Shown here piece by piece: positions 39,422-53,853 of a DNA stretch of 64,000 nt. Source of the stretch: Auanema rhodensis. Lineage: Eukaryota > Animalia > Nematoda. Under the pieces are notes generated by a model. The model saw nothing but the letters and a program-made list of their open reading frames with translations, searched no databases and was not told the origin of the DNA. A program made the translations under genes and the position numbers. The first letter of the stretch is position 1; every line of letters begins with the position of its first letter. The stretch is from the NCBI GenBank assembly GCA_964057225.1, contig OZ059898.1, forward strand, positions 20,956,001-21,020,000. Direction: 5' to 3'.

Positions 39422-42413
39422 TTATGCTAATTAAATGTACACGTGATGTGCACTTGGTATGTAACTCGCTTCACGTGAAAGTAAAAGAGATGCGGTTTTC
39501 AAAATTAGATTCCCCATGTCCATATTAGTCTAAAAACAAATTTTTATTGATATTGGTGCATGGTAACCATGACTTTGAAATTTACGTGAACTTTAATTTA
39601 TGCTAATTAAATGTACACGTGATGTGCACTTGGTATGTAACTCGCTTCACGTGAAAGATAAAGAGATGCGGTTTTCAAAATTAGATTCCCCATGTCCATA
39701 TTAGTCTAAAAACAAATTTTTATTGATATTGGTTCATGGTAACCATGACTTTGAAATTTACGTGAACTTTAATTTATGCTAATTAAATGTATACGTGATG
39801 TGCACTTGGTATGTAACTCGCTTCACGTGAAAGATAAAGAGATGCGGTTTTCAAAATTAGATTCCCCATGTCCATATTAGTCTAAAAACAAATTTTTATT
39901 GATATTGGTTCATGGTAACCATGACTTTGAAATTTACGTGAACTTTAATTTATGCTGATTAAATGTACACGTGATGTGCACTTGGTATGTAACTCGCTTC
40001 ACGTGAAAGTAAAAGAGATGCGGTTTTCAAAATTAGATTCCCCATGTCCATATTAGTCTAAAAACAAATTTTTATTGATATTGGTGCATGGTAACCATGA
40101 CTTTGAAATTTACGTGAACTTTAATTTATGCTAATTAAATGTACACGTGATGTGCACTTGGTATGTAACTCGCTTCACGTGAAAGATAAAGAGATGCGGT
40201 TTTCAAAATTAGATTCCCCATGTCCATATTAGTCTAAAAACAAATTTTTATTGATATTGGTGCATGGTAACCATGACTTTGAAATTTACGTGAACTTTAA
40301 TTTATGCTAATTAAATGTACACGTGATGTGCACTTGGTATGTAACTCGCTTCACGTGAAAGATAAAGAGATGCGGTTTTCAAAATTAGATTCCCCATGTC
40401 CATATTAGTCTAAAAACAAATTTTTATTGATATTGGTGCATGGTAACCATGACTTTGAAATTTACGTGAACTTTAATTTATGCTAATTAAATGTACACGT
40501 GATGTGCACTTGGTATGTAACTCGCTTCACGTGAAAGATAAAGAGATGCTGTTTTCAAAATTAGATTCCCCATGTCCATATTAGTCTAAAAACAAATTTT
40601 TATTGATATTGGTTCATGGTAACCATGACTTTGAAATTTACGTGAACTTTAATTTATGCTAATTAAATGTATACGTGATGTGCACTTGGTATGTAACTCG
40701 CTTCACGTGAAAGATAAAGAGATGCGGTTTTCAAAATTAGATTCCCCATGTCCATATTAGTCTAAAAACAAATTTTTATTGATATTGGTTCATGGTAACC
40801 ATGACTTTGAAATTTACGTGAACTTTAATTTATGCTAATTAAATGTACACGTGATGTGCACTTGGTATGTAACTCGCTTCACGTGAAAGATAAAGAGATG
40901 CGGTTTTCAAAATTAGATTCCCCATGTCCATATTATTCTAAAAACAAATTTTTATTGATATTGGTGCATGGTAACCATGACTTTGAAATTTACGTGAACT
41001 TTAATTTATGCTAATTAAATGTACACGTGATGTGCACTTGGTATGTAACTCGCTTCACGTGAAAGTAAAAGAGATGCGGTTTTCAAAATTAGATTCCCCA
41101 TGTCCATATTAGTCTAAAAACAAATTTTTATTGATATTGGTGCATGGTAACCATGACTTTGAAATTTACGTGAACTTTAATTTATGCTAATTAAATGTAC
41201 ACGTGATGTGCACTTGGTATGTAACTCGCTTCACGTGAAAGATAAAGAGATGCGGTTTTCAAAATTAGATTCCCCATGTCCATATTAGTCTAAAAACAAA
41301 TTTTTATTGATATTGGTTCATGGTAACCATGACTTTGAAATTTACGTGAACTTTAATTTATGCTAATTAAATGTATACGTGATGTGCACTTGGTATGTAA
41401 CTCGCTTCACGTGAAAGATAAAGAGATGCGGTTTTCAAAATTAGATTCCCCATGTCCATATTAGTCTAAAAACAAATTTTTATTGATATTGGTTCATGGT
41501 AACCATGACTTTGAAATTTACGTGAACTTTAATTTATGCTGATTAAATGTACACGTGATGTGCACTTGGTATGTAACTCGCTTCACGTGAAAGTAAAAGA
41601 GATGCGGTTTTCAAAATTAGATTCCCCATGTCCATATTAGTCTAAAAACAAATTTTTATTGATATTGGTGCATGGTAACCATGACTTTGAAATTTACGTG
41701 AACTTTAATTTATGCTAATTAAATGTACACGTGATGTGCACTTGGTATGTAACTCGCTTCACGTGAAAGATAAAGAGATGCGGTTTTCAAAATTAGATTC
41801 CCCATGTCCATATTAGTCTAAAAACAAATTTTTATTGATATTGGTGCATGGTAACCATGACTTTGAAATTTACGTGAACTTTAATTTATGCTAATTAAAT
41901 GTACACGTGATGTGCACTTGGTATGTAACTCGCTTCACGTGAAAGATAAAGAGATGCGGTTTTCAAAATTAGATTCCCCATGTCCATATTAGTCTAAAAA
42001 CAAATTTTTATTGATATTGGTGCATGGTAACCATGACTTTGAAATTTACGTGAACTTTAATTTATGCTAATTAAATGTACACGTGATGTGCACTTGGTAT
42101 GTAACTCGCTTCACGTGAAAGATAAAGAGATGCTGTTTTCAAAATTAGATTCCCCATGTCCATATTAGTCTAAAAACAAATTTTTATTGATATTGGTTCA
42201 TGGTAACCATGACTTTGAAATTTACGTGAACTTTAATTTATGCTAATTAAATGTATACGTGATGTGCACTTGGTATGTAACTCGCTTCACGTGAAAGATA
42301 AAGAGATGCGGTTTTCAAAATTAGATTCCCCATGTCCATATTAGTCTAAAAACAAATTTTTATTGATATTGGTTCATGGTAACCATGACTTTGAAATTTA
42401 CGTGAACTTTAAT
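39422..42413 (+). repeat. Tandem 9-monomer (1584-bp) duplication
   Basis: M225-232 = M234-241; markers a8g (gctgatt at ~39957/41541) and g73t (40550/42134). Confidence 0.88.
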
Positions 42414-45400
42414 TTATGCTAATTAAATGTACACGTGATGTGCACTTGGTATGTAACTCGCTTCACGTGTAAGATAAAGAGATGCGGTTTTCAAAATTAG
42501 ATTCCCCATGTCCATATTAGTCTAAAAACAAATTTTTATTGATATTGGTGCATGGTAACCATGACTTTGAAATTTACGTGAACTTTAATTTATGCTAATT
42601 AAATGTACACGTGATGTGCACTTGGTATGTAACTCGCTTCACGTGAAAGATAAAGAGATGCGGTTTTCAAAATTAGATTCCCCATGTCCATATTAGTTTA
42701 AAAACAAATTTTTATTGATATTGGTGCATGGTAACCATGACTTTGAAATTTACGTGAACTTTAATTTATGCTAATTAAATGTACACGTGATGTGCACTTG
42801 GTATGTAACTCGCTTCACGTGAAAGATAAAGAGATGCGGTTTTCAAAATTAGATTCCCCATGTCCATATTAGTCTAAAAACAAATTTTTATTGATATTGG
42901 TGCATGGTAACCATGACTTTGAAATTTACGTGAACTTTAATTTATGCTAATTAAATGTACACGTGATGTGCACTTGGTATGTAACTCGCTTCACGTGAAA
43001 GATAAAGAGATGCGGTTTTCAAAATTAGATTCCCCATGTCCATATTAGTCTAAAAACAAATTTTTATTGATATTGGTTCATGGTAACCATGACTTTGAAA
43101 TTTACGTGAACTTTAATTTATGCTAATTAAATGTATACGTGATGTGCACTTGGTATGTAACTCGCTTCACGTGAAAGATAAAGAGATGCGGTTTTCAAAA
43201 TTAGATTCCCCATGTCCATATTAGTCTAAAAACAAATTTTTATTGATATTGGTTCATGGTAACCATGACTTTGAAATTTACGTGAACTTTAATTTATGCT
43301 AATTAAATGTACACGTGATGTGCACTTGGTATGTAACTCGCTTCACGTGAAAGATAAAGAGATGCGGTTCTCAAAATTAGATTCCCCATGTCCATATTAG
43401 TCTAAAAACAAATTTTTATTGATATTGGTGCATGGTAACCATGACTTTGAAATTTACGTGAACTTTAATTTATGCTAATTAAATGTACACGTGATGTGCA
43501 CTTGGTATGTAACTCGCTTCACGTGAAAGATAAAGAGATGCGGTTTACAAAATTAGATTCCCCATGTCCATATTAGTTTGAAAACAAATTTTTATTGATA
43601 TTGGTGCATGGTAACCATGACTTTGAAATTTACGTGAACTTTAATTTATGCTAATTAAATGTACACGTGATGTGCACTTGGTATGTAACTCGCTTCACGT
43701 GAAAGATAAAGAGATGCGGTTTTCAAAATTAGATTCCCCATGTCCATATTAGTCTAAAAACAAATTTTTATTGATATTGGTTCATGGTAACCATGACTTT
43801 GAAATTTACGTGAACTTTAATTTATGCTAATTAAATGTACACGTGATGTGCACTTGGTATGTAACTCGCTTCACGTGAAAGATAAAGAGATGCGGTTTTC
43901 AAAATTAGATTCCCCATGTCCATATTAGTCTTAAAACAAATTTTTATTGATATTGGTGCATGGTAACCATGACTTTGAAATTTACGTGAACTTTAATTTA
44001 TGCTAATTAAATGTACACGTGATGTGCACTTGGTATGTAACTCGCTTCACGTGAAAGATAAAGAGATGCGGTTTTCAAAATTAGATTCCCCATGTCCATA
44101 TTAGTCTAAAAACAAATTTTTATTGATATTGGTGCATGGTAACCATGACTTTGAAATTTACGTGAACTTTAATTTATGCTAATTAAATGTACACGTGATG
44201 TGCACTTGGTATGTAACGCGCTTCACGTGAAAGATAAAGAGATGCGGTTTTCAAAATTAGATTCCCCATGTCCATATTAGTCTAAAAACAAATTTTTATT
44301 GATATTGGTTCATGGTAACCATGACTTTGAAATTTACGTGAACTTTAATTTATGCTAATTAAATGTATACGTGATGTGCACTTGGTATGTAACTCGCTTC
44401 ACGTGAAAGATAAAGAGATGCGGTTTTCAAAATTAGATTCCCCATGTCCATATTAGTCTAAAAACAAATTTTTATTGATATTGGTTCATGGTAACCATGA
44501 CTTTGAAATTTACGTGAACTTTAATTTATGCTAATTAAATGTACACGTGATGTGCACTTGGTATGTAACTCGCTTCACGTGAAAGATAAAGAGATGCGGT
44601 TTTCAAAATTAGATTCCCCATGTCCATATTAGTTTAAAAACAAATTTTTATTGATATTGGTGCATGGTAACCATGACTTTGAAATTTACGTGAACTTTAA
44701 TTTATGCTAATTAAATGTACACGTGATGTGCACTTGGTATGTAACTCGCTTCACGTGAAAGATAAAAAGATGCGGTTTTCAAAATTAGATTCCCCATGTC
44801 CATATTAGTCTAAAAACAAATTTTTATTGATATTGGTGCATGGTAACCATGACTTTGAAATTTACGTGAACTTTAATTTATGCTAATTAAATGTACACGT
44901 GATGTGCACTTGGTATGTAACTCGCTTCACGTGTAAGATGAAGAGATGCGGTTTTCAAAATTAGATTCCCCATGTCCATATTAGTCTAAAAACAAATTTT
45001 TATTGATATTGGTTCATGGTAACCATGACTTTGAAATTTACGTGAACTTTAATTTATGCTAATTAAATGTACACGTGATGTGCACTTGGTATGTAACTCG
45101 CTTCACGTGAAAGATAAAGAGATGCGGTTTTCAAAATTAGATTCCCCATGTCCATATTAGTCTAAAAACAAATTTTTATTGATATTGGTTCATGGTAACC
45201 ATGACTTTGAAATTTACGTGAACTTTAATTTATGCTAATTAAATGTACACGTGATGTGCACTTGGTATGTAACTCGCTTCACGTGAAAGATAAAGAGATG
45301 CGGTTTTCAAAATTAGATTCCCCATGTCCATATTAGTCTAAAAACAAATTTTTATTGATATTGGTGCATGGTAACCATGACTTTGAAATTTACGTGAACT

Positions 45401-48400
45401 TTAATTTATGCTAATTAAATGTATACGTGATGTGCACTTGGTATGTAACTCGCTTCACGTGAAAGATAAAGAGATGCGGTTTTCAAAATTAGATTCCCCA
45501 TGTCCATATTAGTCTAAAAACAAATTTTTATTGATATTGGTTCATGGTAACCATGACTTTGAAATTTACGTGAACTTTAATTTATGCTAATTAAATGTAC
45601 ACGTGATGTGCACTTGGTATGTAACTCGCTTCACGTGAAAGATGAAGAGATGCGGTTTACAAAATTAGATTCCCCATGTCCATATTAGTCTAAAAACAAA
45701 TTTTTATTGATATTGGTTCATGGTAACCATGACTTTGAAATTTACGTGAACTTTAATTTATGCTAATTAAATGTACACGTGATGTGCACTTGGTATGTAA
45801 CTCGCTTCACGTGAAAGATAAAGAGATGCGGTTTTCAAAATTAGATTCCCCATGTCCATATTAGTTTAAAAACAAATTTTTATTGATATTGGTGCATGGT
45901 AACCATGACTTTGAAATTTACGTGAACTTTAATTTATGCTAATTAAATGTACACGTGATGTGCACTTGGTATGTAACTCGCTTCACGTGAAAGATAAAAA
46001 GATGCGGTTTTCAAAATTAGATTCCCCATGTCCATATTAGTCTAAAAACAAATTTTTATTGATATTGGTGCATGGTAACCATGACTTTGAAATTTACGTG
46101 AACTTTAATTTATGCTAATTAAATGTACACGTGATGTGCACTTGGTATGTAACTCGCTTCACGTGAAAGATAAAGAGATGCGGTTTTCAAAATTAGATTC
46201 CCCATGTCCATATTAGTTTAAAAACAAATTTTTATTGATATTGGTGCATGGTAACCATGACTTTGAAATTTACGTGAACTTTAATTTATGCTAATTAAAT
46301 GTACACGTGATGTGCACTTGGTATGTAACTCGCTTCACGTGAAAGATAAAAAGATGCGGTTTTCAAAATTAGATTCCCCATGTCCATATTAGTCTAAAAA
46401 CAAATTTTTATTGATATTGGTGCATGGTAACCATGACTTTGAAATTTACGTGAACTTTAATTTATGCTAATTAAATGTACACGTGATGTGCACTTGGTAT
46501 GTAACTCGCTTCACGTGTAAGATGAAGAGATGCGGTTTTCAAAATTAGATTCCCCATGTCCATATTAGTCTAAAAACAAATTTTTATTGATATTGGTTCA
46601 TGGTAACCATGACTTTGAAATTTACGTGAACTTTAATTTATGCTAATTAAATGTACACGTGATGTGCACTTGGTATGTAACTCGCTTCACGTGAAAGATA
46701 AAGAGATGCGGTTTTCAAAATTAGATTCCCCATGTCCATATTAGTCTAAAAACAAATTTTTATTGATATTGGTTCATGGTAACCATGACTTTGAAATTTA
46801 CGTGAACTTTAATTTATGCTAATTAAATGTACACGTGATGTGCACTTGGTATGTAACTCGCTTCACGTGTAAGATGAAGAGATGCGGTTTTCAAAATTAG
46901 ATTCCCCATGTCCATATTAGTCTAAAAACAAATTTTTATTGATATTGGTTCATGGTAACCATGACTTTGAAATTTACGTGAACTTTAATTTATGCTAATT
47001 AAATGTACACGTGATGTGCACTTGGTATGTAACTCGCTTCACGTGAAAGATAAAGAGATGCGGTTTTCAAAATTAGATTCCCCATGTCCATATTAGTCTA
47101 AAAACAAATTTTTATTGATATTGGTTCATGGTAACCATGACTTTGAAATTTACGTGAACTTTAATTTATGCTAATTAAATGTACACGTGATGTGCACTTG
47201 GTATGTAACTCGCTTCACGTGAAAGATAAAGAGATGCGGTTTTCAAAATTAGATTCCCCATGTCCATATTAGTCTAAAAACAAATTTTTATTGATATTGG
47301 TGCATGGTAACCATGACTTTGAAATTTACGTGAACTTTAATTTATGCTAATTAAATGTACACGTGATGTGCACTTGGTATGTAACTCGCTTCACGTGAAA
47401 GTAAAAGAGATGCGGTTTTCAAAATTAGATTCCCCATGTCCATATTAGTCTAAAAACAAATTTTTATTGATATTGGTTCATGGTAACCATGACTTTGAAA
47501 TTTACGTGAACTTTAATTTATGCTAATTAAATGTACACGTGATGTGCACTTGGTATGTAACTCGCTTCACGTGAAAGATGAAGAGATGCGGTTTACAAAA
47601 TTAGATTCCCCATGTCCATATTAGTCTAAAAACAAATTTTTATTGATATTGGTTCATGGTAACCATGACTTTGAAATTTACGTGAACTTTAATTTATGCT
47701 AATTAAATGTACACGTGATGTGCACTTGGTATGTAACTCGCTTCACGTGAAAGATAAAGAGATGCGGTTTTCAAAATTAGATTCCCCATGTCCATATTAG
47801 TTTAAAAACAAATTTTTATTGATATTGGTGCATGGTAACCATGACTTTGAAATTTACGTGAACTTTAATTTATGCTAATTAAATGTACACGTGATGTGCA
47901 CTTGGTATGTAACTCGCTTCACGTGAAAGATAAAAAGATGCGGTTTTCAAAATTAGATTCCCCATGTCCATATTAGTCTAAAAACAAATTTTTATTGATA
48001 TTGGTGCATGGTAACCATGACTTTGAAATTTACGTGAACTTTAATTTATGCTAATTAAATGTACACGTGATGTGCACTTGGTATGTAACTCGCTTCACGT
48101 GTAAGATAAAGAGATGCGGTTTTCAAAATTAGATTCCCCATGTCCATATTAGTTTAAAAACAAATTTTTATTGATATTGGTGCATGGTAACCATGACTTT
48201 GAAATTTACGTGAACTTTAATTTATGCTAATTAAATGTACACGTGATGTGCACTTGGTATGTAACTCGCTTCACGTGAAAGATAAAAAGATGCGGTTTTC
48301 AAAATTAGATTCCCCATGTCCATATTAGTCTAAAAACAAATTTTTATTGATATTGGTGCATGGTAACCATGACTTTGAAATTTACGTGAACTTTAATTTA

Positions 48401-51213
48401 TGCTAATTAAATGTACACGTGATGTGCACTTGGTATGTAACTCGCTTCACGTGTAAGATGAAGAGATGCGGTTTTCAAAATTAGATTCCCCATGTCCATA
48501 TTAGTCTAAAAACAAATTTTTATTGATATTGGTTCATGGTAACCATGACTTTGAAATTTACGTGAACTTTAATTTATGCTAATTAAATGTACACGTGATG
48601 TGCACTTGGTATGTAACTCGCTTCACGTGAAAGATAAAGAGATGCGGTTTTCAAAATTAGATTCCCCATGTCCATATTAGTCTAAAAACAAATTTTTATT
48701 GATATTGGTTCATGGTAACCATGACTTTGAAATTTACGTGAACTTTAATTTATGCTAATTAAATGTACACGTGATGTGCACTTGGTATGTAACTCGCTTC
48801 ACGTGAAAGATAAAGAGATGCGGTTTTCAAAATTAGATTCCCCATGTCCATATTAGTCTAAAAACAAATTTTTATTGATATTGGTTCATGGTAACCATGA
48901 CTTTGAAATTTACGTGAACTTTAATTTATGCTAATTAAATGTACACGTGATGTGCACTTGGTATGTAACTCGCTTCACGTGAAAGATAAAGAGATGCGGT
49001 TTTCAAAATTAGATTCCCCATGTCCATATTAGTCTAAAAACAAATTTTTATTGATATTGGTGCATGGTAACCATGACTTTGAAATTTACGTGAACTTTAA
49101 TTTATGCTAATTAAATGTATACGTGATGTGCACTTGGTATGTAACTCGCTTCACGTGAAAGATAAAGAGATGCGGTTTTCAAAATTAGATTCCCCATGTC
49201 CATATTAGTCTAAAAACAAATTTTTATTGATATTGGTTCATGGTAACCATGACTTTGAAATTTACGTGAACTTTAATTTATGCTAATTAAATGTACACGT
49301 GATGTGCACTTGGTATGTAACTCGCTTCACGTGAAAGATAAAGAGATGCGGTTTTCAAAATTAGATTCCCCATGTCCATATTAGTCTAAAAACAAATTTT
49401 TATTGATATTGGTGCATGGTAACCATGACTTTGAAATTTACGTGAACTTTAATTTATGCTAATTAAATGTACACGTGATGTGCACTTGGTATGTAACTCG
49501 CTTCACGTGAAAGATAAAGAGATGCGGTTTTCAAAATTAGATTCCCCATGTCCATATTAGTTTAAAAACAAATTTTTATTGATATTGGTTCATGGTAACC
49601 ATGACTTTGAAATTTACGTGAACTTTAATTTATGCTAATTAAATGTACACGTGATGTGCACTTGGTATGTAACTCGCTTCACGTGAAAGATAAAGAGATG
49701 CGGTTTTCAAAATTAGATTCCCCATGTCCATATTAGTCTAAAAACAAATTTTTATTGATATTGGTGCATGGTAACCATGACTTTGAAATTTACGTGAACT
49801 TTAATTTATGCTAATTAAATGTACACGTGATGTGCACTTGGTATGTAACTCGCTTCACGTGAAAGATAAAGAGATGCGGTTTTCAAAATTAGATTCCCCA
49901 TGTCCATATTAGTTTAAAAACAAATTTTTATTGATATTGGTGCATGGTAACCATGACTTTGAAATTTACGTGAACTTTAATTTATGCTAATTAAATGTAC
50001 ACGTGATGTGCACTTGGTATGTAACTCGCTTCACGTGAAAGATAAAGAGATGCTGTTTTCAAAATTAGATTCCCCATGTCCATATTAGTCTAAAAACAAA
50101 TTTTTATTGATATTGGTTCATGGTAACCATGACTTTGAAATTTACGTGAACTTTAATTTATGCTAATTAAATGTATACGTGATGTGCACTTGGTATGTAA
50201 CTCGCTTCACGTGAAAGATAAAGAGATGCGGTTTTCAAAATTAGATTCCCCATGTCCATATTAGTCTAAAAACAAATTTTTATTGATATTGGTGCATGGT
50301 AACCATGACTTTGAAATTTACGTGAACTTTAATTTATGCTAATTAAATGTACACGTGATGTGCACTTGGTATGTAACTCGCTTCACGTGAAAGATAAAGA
50401 GATGCGGTTTTCAAAATTAGATTCCCCATGTCCATATTAGTTTAAAAACAAATTTTTATTGATATTGGTGCATGGTAACCATGACTTTGAAATTTACGTG
50501 AACTTTAATTTATGCTAATTAAATGTACACGTGATGTGCACTTGGTATGTAACTCGCTTCACGTGTAAGATAAAGAGATGCGGTTTTCAAAATTAGATTC
50601 CCCATGTCCATATTAGTTTAAAAACAAATTTTTATTGATATTGGTGCATGGTAACCATGACTTTGAAATTTACGTGAACTTTAATTTATGCTAATTAAAT
50701 GTACACGTGATGTGCACTTGGTATGTAACTCGCTTCACGTGAAAGATAAAGAGATGCGGTTTTCAAAATTAGATTCCCCATGTCCATATTAGTTTAAAAA
50801 CAAATTTTTATTGATATTGGTGCATGGTAACCATGACTTTGAAATTTACGTGAACTTTAATTTATGCTAATTAAATGTACACGTGATGTGCACTTGGTAT
50901 GCAACTCGCTTCACGTGAAAGATAAAAAGATGCGGTTTTCAAAATTAGATTCCCCATGTCCATATTAGTCTAAAAACAAATTTTTATTGATATTGGTGCA
51001 TGGTAACCATGACTTTGAAATTTACGTGAACTTTAATTTATGCTAATTAAATGTACACGTGATGTGCACTTGGTATGTAACTCGCTTCACGTGTAAGATG
51101 AAGAGATGCGGTTTTCAAAATTAGATTCCCCATGTCCATATTAGTCTAAAAACAAATTTTTATTGATATTGGTTCATGGTAACCATGACTTTGAAATTTA
51201 CGTGAACTTTAAT

Positions 51214-52621
51214 TTATGCTAATTAAATGTACACGTGATGTGCACTTGGTATGTAACTCGCTTCACGTGAAAGATAAAGAGATGCGGTTTTCAAAATTAG
51301 ATTCCCCATGTCCATATTAGTCTAAAAACAAATTTTTATTGATATTGGTTCATGGTAACCATGACTTTGAATTTTACGTGAACTTTAATTTATGCTAATT
51401 AAATGTACACGTGATGTGCACTTGGTATGTAACTCGCTTCACGTGAAAGATAAAGAAATGCGGTTTTCAAAATTAGATTCCCCATGTCCATATTAGTCTA
51501 AAAACAAATTTTTATTGATATTGGTTCATGGTAACCATGACTTTGAAATTTACGTGAACTTTAATTTATGCTAATTAAATGTACACGTGATGTGCACTTG
51601 GTATGTAACTCGCTTCACGTGAAAGATAAAGAGATGCGGTTTTCAAAATTAGATTCTCCATGTCCATATTAGTCTAAAAACAAATTTTTATTGATATTGG
51701 TTCATGGTAACCATGACTTTGAAATTTACGTGAACTTTAATTTATGCTAATTAAATGTACACGTGATGTGCACTTGGTATGTAACTCGCTTCACGTGAAA
51801 GATAAAGAGATGCGGTTTTCAAAATTAGATTCCCCATGTCCATATTAGTCTAAAAACAAATTTTTATTGATATTGGTGCATGGTAACCATGACTTTGAAA
51901 TTTACGTGAACTTTAATTTATGCTAATTAAATGTACACGTGATGTGCACTTGGTATGTAACTCGCTTCACGTGAAAGATAAAGAGATGCGGTTTTCAAAA
52001 TTAGATTCCCCATGTCCATATTAGTCTAAAAACAAATTTTTATTGATATTGGTTCATGGTAACCATGACTTTGAATTTTACGTGAACTTTAATTTATGCT
52101 AATTAAATGTACACGTGATGTGCACTTGGTATGTAACTCGCTTCACGTGAAAGATAAAGAAATGCGGTTTTCAAAATTAGATTCCCCATGTCCATATTAG
52201 TCTAAAAACAAATTTTTATTGATATTGGTTCATGGTAACCATGACTTTGAAATTTACGTGAACTTTAATTTATGCTAATTAAATGTACACGTGATGTGCA
52301 CTTGGTATGTAACTCGCTTCACGTGAAAGATAAAGAGATGCGGTTTTCAAAATTAGATTCCCCATGTCCATATTAGTCTAAAAACAAATTTTTATTGATA
52401 TTGGTTCATGGTAACCATGACTTTGAAATTTACGTGAACTTCAATTTATGCTAATTAAATGTACACGTGATGTGCACTTGGTATGTAACTCGCTTCACGT
52501 GAAAGATAAAGAGATGCGGTTTTCAAAATTAGATTCCCCATGTCCATATTAGTCTAAAAACAAATTTTTATTGATATTGGTGCATGGTAACCATGACTTT
52601 GAAATTTACGTGAACTTTAAT
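51214..52621 (+). repeat. Tandem 4-monomer (704-bp) duplication
   Basis: a159t followed by g68a (aagaaatgc) recurs at a 704-bp offset (51457/52161). Confidence 0.8.
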
Positions 52622-53853
52622 TTATGCTAATTAAATGTACACGTGATGTGCACTTGGTATGTAACTCGCTTCACGTGAAAGATAAAGAGATGCGGTTTTC
52701 AAAATTAGATTCCCCATGTCCATATTAGTCTAAAAACAAATTTTTATTGATATTGGTGCATGGTAACCATGACTTTGAAATTTACGTGAACTTTAATTTA
52801 TGCTAATTAAATGTACACGTGATGTGCACTTGGTATGTAACTCGCTTCACGTGAAAGATAAAGAGATGCGGTTTTCAAAATTAGATTCCCCATGTCCATA
52901 TTAGTCTAAAATCAAATTTTTATTGATATTGCTTCATGGTAACCATGACTTTGAAATTTACGTGAACTTTAATTTATGCTAATTAAATGTACACGTGATG
53001 TGCACTTGGTATGTAACTCGCTTCACGTGAAAGATAAAAAGATGCGGTTCTCAAAATTAGATTCCCCATGTCCATATTAGTCTAAAAACAAATTTTTATT
53101 GATATTGCTTCATGGTAACCATGACTTTGAAATTTACGTGAACTTTAATTTATGCTAATTAAATGTACACGTGATGTGCACTTGGTATGTAACTCGCTTC
53201 ACGTGAAAGATAAAGAGATGCGGTTTTCGAAATTAGATTCCCCATGTCCATATTAGTCTAAAAACAAATTTTTATTGATATTGGTTCATGGTAACCATGA
53301 CTTTGAAATTTACGTGAACTTTAATTTATGCTAATTAAATGTACACGTGATGTGCACTTGGTATGTAACTCGCTTCACGTGAAAGATAAAGAGATGCGGT
53401 TTTCAAAATTAGATTCCCCATGTCCATATTAGTCTAAAAACAAATTTTTATTGATATTGGTTCATGGTAACCATGACTTTGAAATTTACGTGAACTTTAA
53501 TTAATGCTAATTAAATGTACACGTGATGTGCACTTGGTATGTAACTCGCTTCACGTGAAAGATAAAGAGATGCGGTTTTCAAAATTAGATTCCCCATGTC
53601 CATATTAGTCTAAAAACAAATTTTTATTGATATTGCTTCATGGTAACCATGACTTTGAAATTTACGTGAACTTTAATTAATGCTAATTAAATGTACACGT
53701 GATGTGCACTTGGTATGTAACTCGCTTCACGTGAAAGATAAAGAGATGCGGTTTTCAAAATTAGATTCCCCATGTCCATATTAGTCTAAAAACAAATTTT
53801 TATTGATATTGCTTCATGGTAACCATGACTTTGAAATTTACGTGAACTTTAAT

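Noticed and set aside
40832-41014. 60-aa ORF MLIKCTRDVHLV...
   Set aside because: It is simply monomer M233 read from the ATG at monomer position 3. A single g107t change at 40936 removes the TAG that ends this frame after 34 codons in the other full-length monomers. It has no recognisable domain and no gene context.
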